This document shows, one piece after another, positions 32,821 through 35,544 of a stretch of DNA of 35,544 nt (its first letter is position 1; each line of letters begins with the position of its first letter). The position numbers and the translations under genes are program-made. This stretch comes from Klebsormidium nitens (lineage: Eukaryota > Plantae > Klebsormidiophyceae), in contig DF237710.1 of assembly GCA_000708835.1 (NCBI GenBank), positions 1 to 35,544 of the forward strand. Reading direction: 5' to 3'. The notes beneath the pieces are model-generated. The model saw only the letters and a program-made list of their open reading frames with translations. It made no database searches and was not told the DNA's origin.

Positions 32821-35040
32821 TCATACGATTGCGTTCGCCGCACTTGCAATCCTGGGCCACAAGTCTGCGCACTCCTTTCCGATTGGTCCAGTGATAGCAG
32901 AACCTGCAAAGTCCAAATCCATTTTATGTGGGTTTACAACAGGTAGACCCACTAATTTCAAAAGCACTGGACAATGAAACGAACGAGAATGACAAACAAG
33001 GCACAAGGCCCGGACAGACTGCCTAGCAGAAAGTCGATAAACGAGTGGTGAGACATTGTGGAAAGGTTCTGGCAGATGAAGGCTCTCAGCGCTGTTGAGC
33101 CGATTGTAATCAAGCAGGCGACCAAACCTGCTCAGGCTGTTGGGACACAGTCAATCATCATTGAGCTCACTCATGCTGCCAGACACAACCAGAAGCAACA
33201 CCAGTTTTGTTGCGAATAGCATTCTCCAAAGACCCCTTCCGCGATTCTGAGTCGGCGCACACATACGTCACATGCTAAGGACTATCCTTGTCAACAGCAC
33301 ATGAATCTCAGCTGACAATGCAGTTTTGAAGAGTACTCACCCTTCATTTCACCCTTTGGGTTGACGATGACCCCCGCGTTGTCTGCACGTAAAAGAAATC
33401 AGTCAGCAAGTAATCGAGTCGCAAAGCATGAGCCAGTTACTAACTTCCCATGCAAAATGAACTGTAAGGTGCAAAGATGATTGGCTGCGACACACTCCCG
33501 GCCGAAAACGCAAGGGAAAATCTTGGGGGTCAGAATCGAGTCAGGCAGGCCCAACTGTGACGGGCTCCATACAGAACAGTACTCACCTTCAAAGTACATG
33601 AAGACACCGTCCTTTCTCCGCCACGGCTTGCGCTGACGGACGATCACGGCGGGCATGACTGCAAGAGCGAAAGCAAGATGTCAAGATTAAGACTGGATAT
33701 ACAATCTAATTCATGAAGTGGAGACCTGAATGCGAAAAGTCCTTTCAGAGATTGAGATCCTTTAAGTCCATAATTTCATGCCCTGGGCTGAGACTCAACC
33801 AAGCATTAGCAACACCACTGGAGAATACTGGAGATGGTAAAGCAACAGAGTGTCTGTATCAAAAAGAGAGGGCTCAATGACTAGTCGTCGTGCTGAACCA
33901 AACTGCTTGTGCAATTCAAACACCTGCAAATTTGCGAACCGTGCTGAACTTAACTGCTTTTGCAGAACAATTCCCTAAGAATTTGGCCACGCTTCAATTG
34001 CCCTTTCCCTTCAGCAAACTTTGAATGACGCCCTCACCAAAATCATCGAATAATAAACCGTTCGTGGCTCATCTTTCCTAAGGAATGCCTGTAATCAATC
34101 TGCTGAGACTTTACTCCAAAAATACCAGACACCACGAGGCTGCGCAGGATCACCTACCCTTCTTCCTCAGGTCAGGCTTTCCCTTCTTCACGGTGGCCAT
34201 GACCATGTCCCCAACAGCTCCTGCTGGCAGCCTGTTCAGGCGGCCCTTGATCCCCTTCACTGAGATGACGTACAGGTTCTTGGCCCCCGTGTTGTCAGCA
34301 CAGTTCATGACCGCGCCCACTGGCAGAGCCAGGGACATGCGGAACTTGTTGCCAGAGGCACCTCCGCGCCCTACAGGGCGGGCAGAAGCAGCGCTTTGTA
34401 GTTGTGGCTCCTTGCAACATAACCTTAGCCCGGCCAATGTGCGTCGCTTGCATCAGTCTTATCCTCTCCAGCTCCTCAAACCTCGCTGGTAATGGTCTTG
34501 CAAGCCTCAGAATATGGCCTCTGCTTGGCAAAAGAGCTGAATGACATAACAAAACGTCGGCAAAAGGGCAGCAAAGTCAGCCAGGCAAGAAAGCCACTAA
34601 TGCGTAGTAGGCTGCAGATTTGTTTTTCTTCAGTCCTCAATGAACTGTTGGAAGTCATTACCTGCTGCGAAAGAGAATAACAAGGTCCCCAGGGAGGAAG
34701 GTATCACGCAACCCCTGACCAGGACTTGGAAAGAACCTGCCTAATTGTCACGGGCCTCAGAAAGACACCCACAATCCACCGTCAAACGCACGGCTAGCAA
34801 TGCCCCCATAACAACTCAAAAACGTAACAACACACAGCTCATCCTCTGTCCCCAATCGTGCTCCAAACTGAGCCTCGCCTGCTCAACAGCCACAACCGAC
34901 CACACAGACTATTAGACCACAGATCCCAAAAGCTTCGTCATCTCGACCTGCTGATCCCCTGAATACTTCCTCCTTCGAGCTGAATGCCCACCCTGAGCCA
35001 CTACACGCAGCACAACATGCTCCTCACCTCTCTTCGACAT
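32821..35040 (-). CDS. RPL23: 60S ribosomal protein L23 (uL14), 140 aa, 5 exons: 35040-35028, 34370-34158, 33658-33587, 33382-33341, 32903-32821
   Basis: [38 protein letters not shown]...[41 protein letters not shown]; 423 nt, canonical length and sequence. Confidence 0.99.
33082..33166 (-). ncRNA. Putative intronic box C/D snoRNA with two guides, in RPL23 intron 4
   Basis: Sense to the host gene: box C AUGAUGA (33161-33155), D' CUGA (33135-33132), C' UUGAUUA (33113-33107), D CUGA (33089-33086), and a terminal GCUC/GAGC stem. The guides are complementary to the conserved LSU rRNA segments CUGUUGGGAC and CUGUUGAGCU. Confidence 0.8.
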
Positions 35041-35117
35041 GGCTGCAGGCTACCCCAACTCCAGGCCAAGGGCCGAAATGGGGGCGCTGTTCCAACAAAA
35101 CGTCCGCCCTGGGATGC

Positions 35118-35133
35118 GGAAAGAGGAAGTAGG
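35118..35133 (-). promoter_or_regulatory. TOP-like oligopyrimidine tract upstream of RPL23
   Basis: The sense strand reads CCTACTTCCTCTTTCC, ~80-90 nt upstream of the ATG. The TSS is not known. Confidence 0.35.
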
Positions 35134-35186
35134 CGAACAGGAAGGTCCAAGTTGGTTGCAGCATCAGGTTTTCACTGTACAGCGTG

Positions 35187-35193
35187 AGCCCAA
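35187..35193 (-). promoter_or_regulatory. Site II-like element (TGGGCY) in the RPL23 promoter
   Basis: The sense strand reads TTGGGCT. Site II elements are common in plant ribosomal-protein promoters, but this is a single short match. Confidence 0.25.
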
Positions 35194-35544
35194 GCCGTAA
35201 CCATGATTAGCATCACGTACACCTTGGCTACCGGGGATACGTACGGTAGGTTTCTATGCTCGGTAATGGTTGGCTAAGCAACATTTACCGTTTGTTGAGG
35301 GTGATCTTCCAATTGTAGGTTAGTCGGACCAAAATTTATTAAAGATATTACCTATCATAGTACCGTACCGCCAAAGGAATTCGCACCATCTTTGGTGTGA
35401 AAACTTAATTTCGTTCATCCTCCGGGTTCACCCGGCGCCATGAAATAGTTTTTTTAATTTCACACAAGAGTTTTTTTCGTTTTTCTTACACTGAGAAGCA
35501 GGAAAATGACCTTTTTCTCGATTATTTTATGGTTTCACCTTTTC

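Noticed and set aside
34009-34075. Second C/D snoRNA candidate in RPL23 intron 2 (AAGAUGA...CUGA)
   Set aside because: The box C is non-canonical, and the guide match to LSU rRNA (CAAACUUUAAAU) has a mismatch against the sequence I recall. It needs snoscan to rescue.
35421-35455. ccgggttcacccgg hairpin followed by a T-tract, resembling a Helitron 3' end or intrinsic terminator
   Set aside because: No CTRR terminus, the context is eukaryotic, and the window ends before a partner end could be seen.
1-35544. CRISPR array, prokaryotic operon or defence system, rRNA and tRNA genes
   Set aside because: No regularly spaced repeat-spacer array or structural RNA signature was found, and all real genes are spliceosomal-intron-containing eukaryotic genes. 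The remaining short ORFs are antisense or off-frame shadows of GC-rich exons.

Overview
Eukaryotic nuclear DNA, intron-rich and roughly 50-55% GC. The gene set (plant-type DXR with transit peptide, RLK/Pelle receptor, plant-type SKA3) suggests a streptophyte green alga, Klebsormidium-like; this is inference only. Six protein-coding genes were reconstructed by hand from GT-AG junctions with consistent phases: DXR (-, 10 exons), a RING-finger protein (-, 5' end unresolved), a ~1070-aa LRR receptor-like pseudokinase (+, ~17 exons), SKA3-like (-, 9 exons), an 87-aa LYR-motif protein absent from the ORF track (+, 4 exons) and RPL23/uL14 (-, 5 exons). Non-coding features include a probable double-guide C/D snoRNA in RPL23 intron 4 and a ~430-bp MITE-like element with nested termini. 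A ~60-bp motif is mirrored in the divergent SKA3 and LYR upstream regions, a foldback/G-quadruplex/telomere-like cluster lies at 13.3-13.8 kb, and there is an (ACAATA)30 microsatellite. Most short ORFs in the supplied track are artefacts. No prokaryotic operon, CRISPR array, tRNA or rRNA was seen. I cannot claim a confirmed novel system. The best leads are the fully degenerate LRR-stalk-SEA-like pseudokinase, the mirrored promoter element and the intronic snoRNA.
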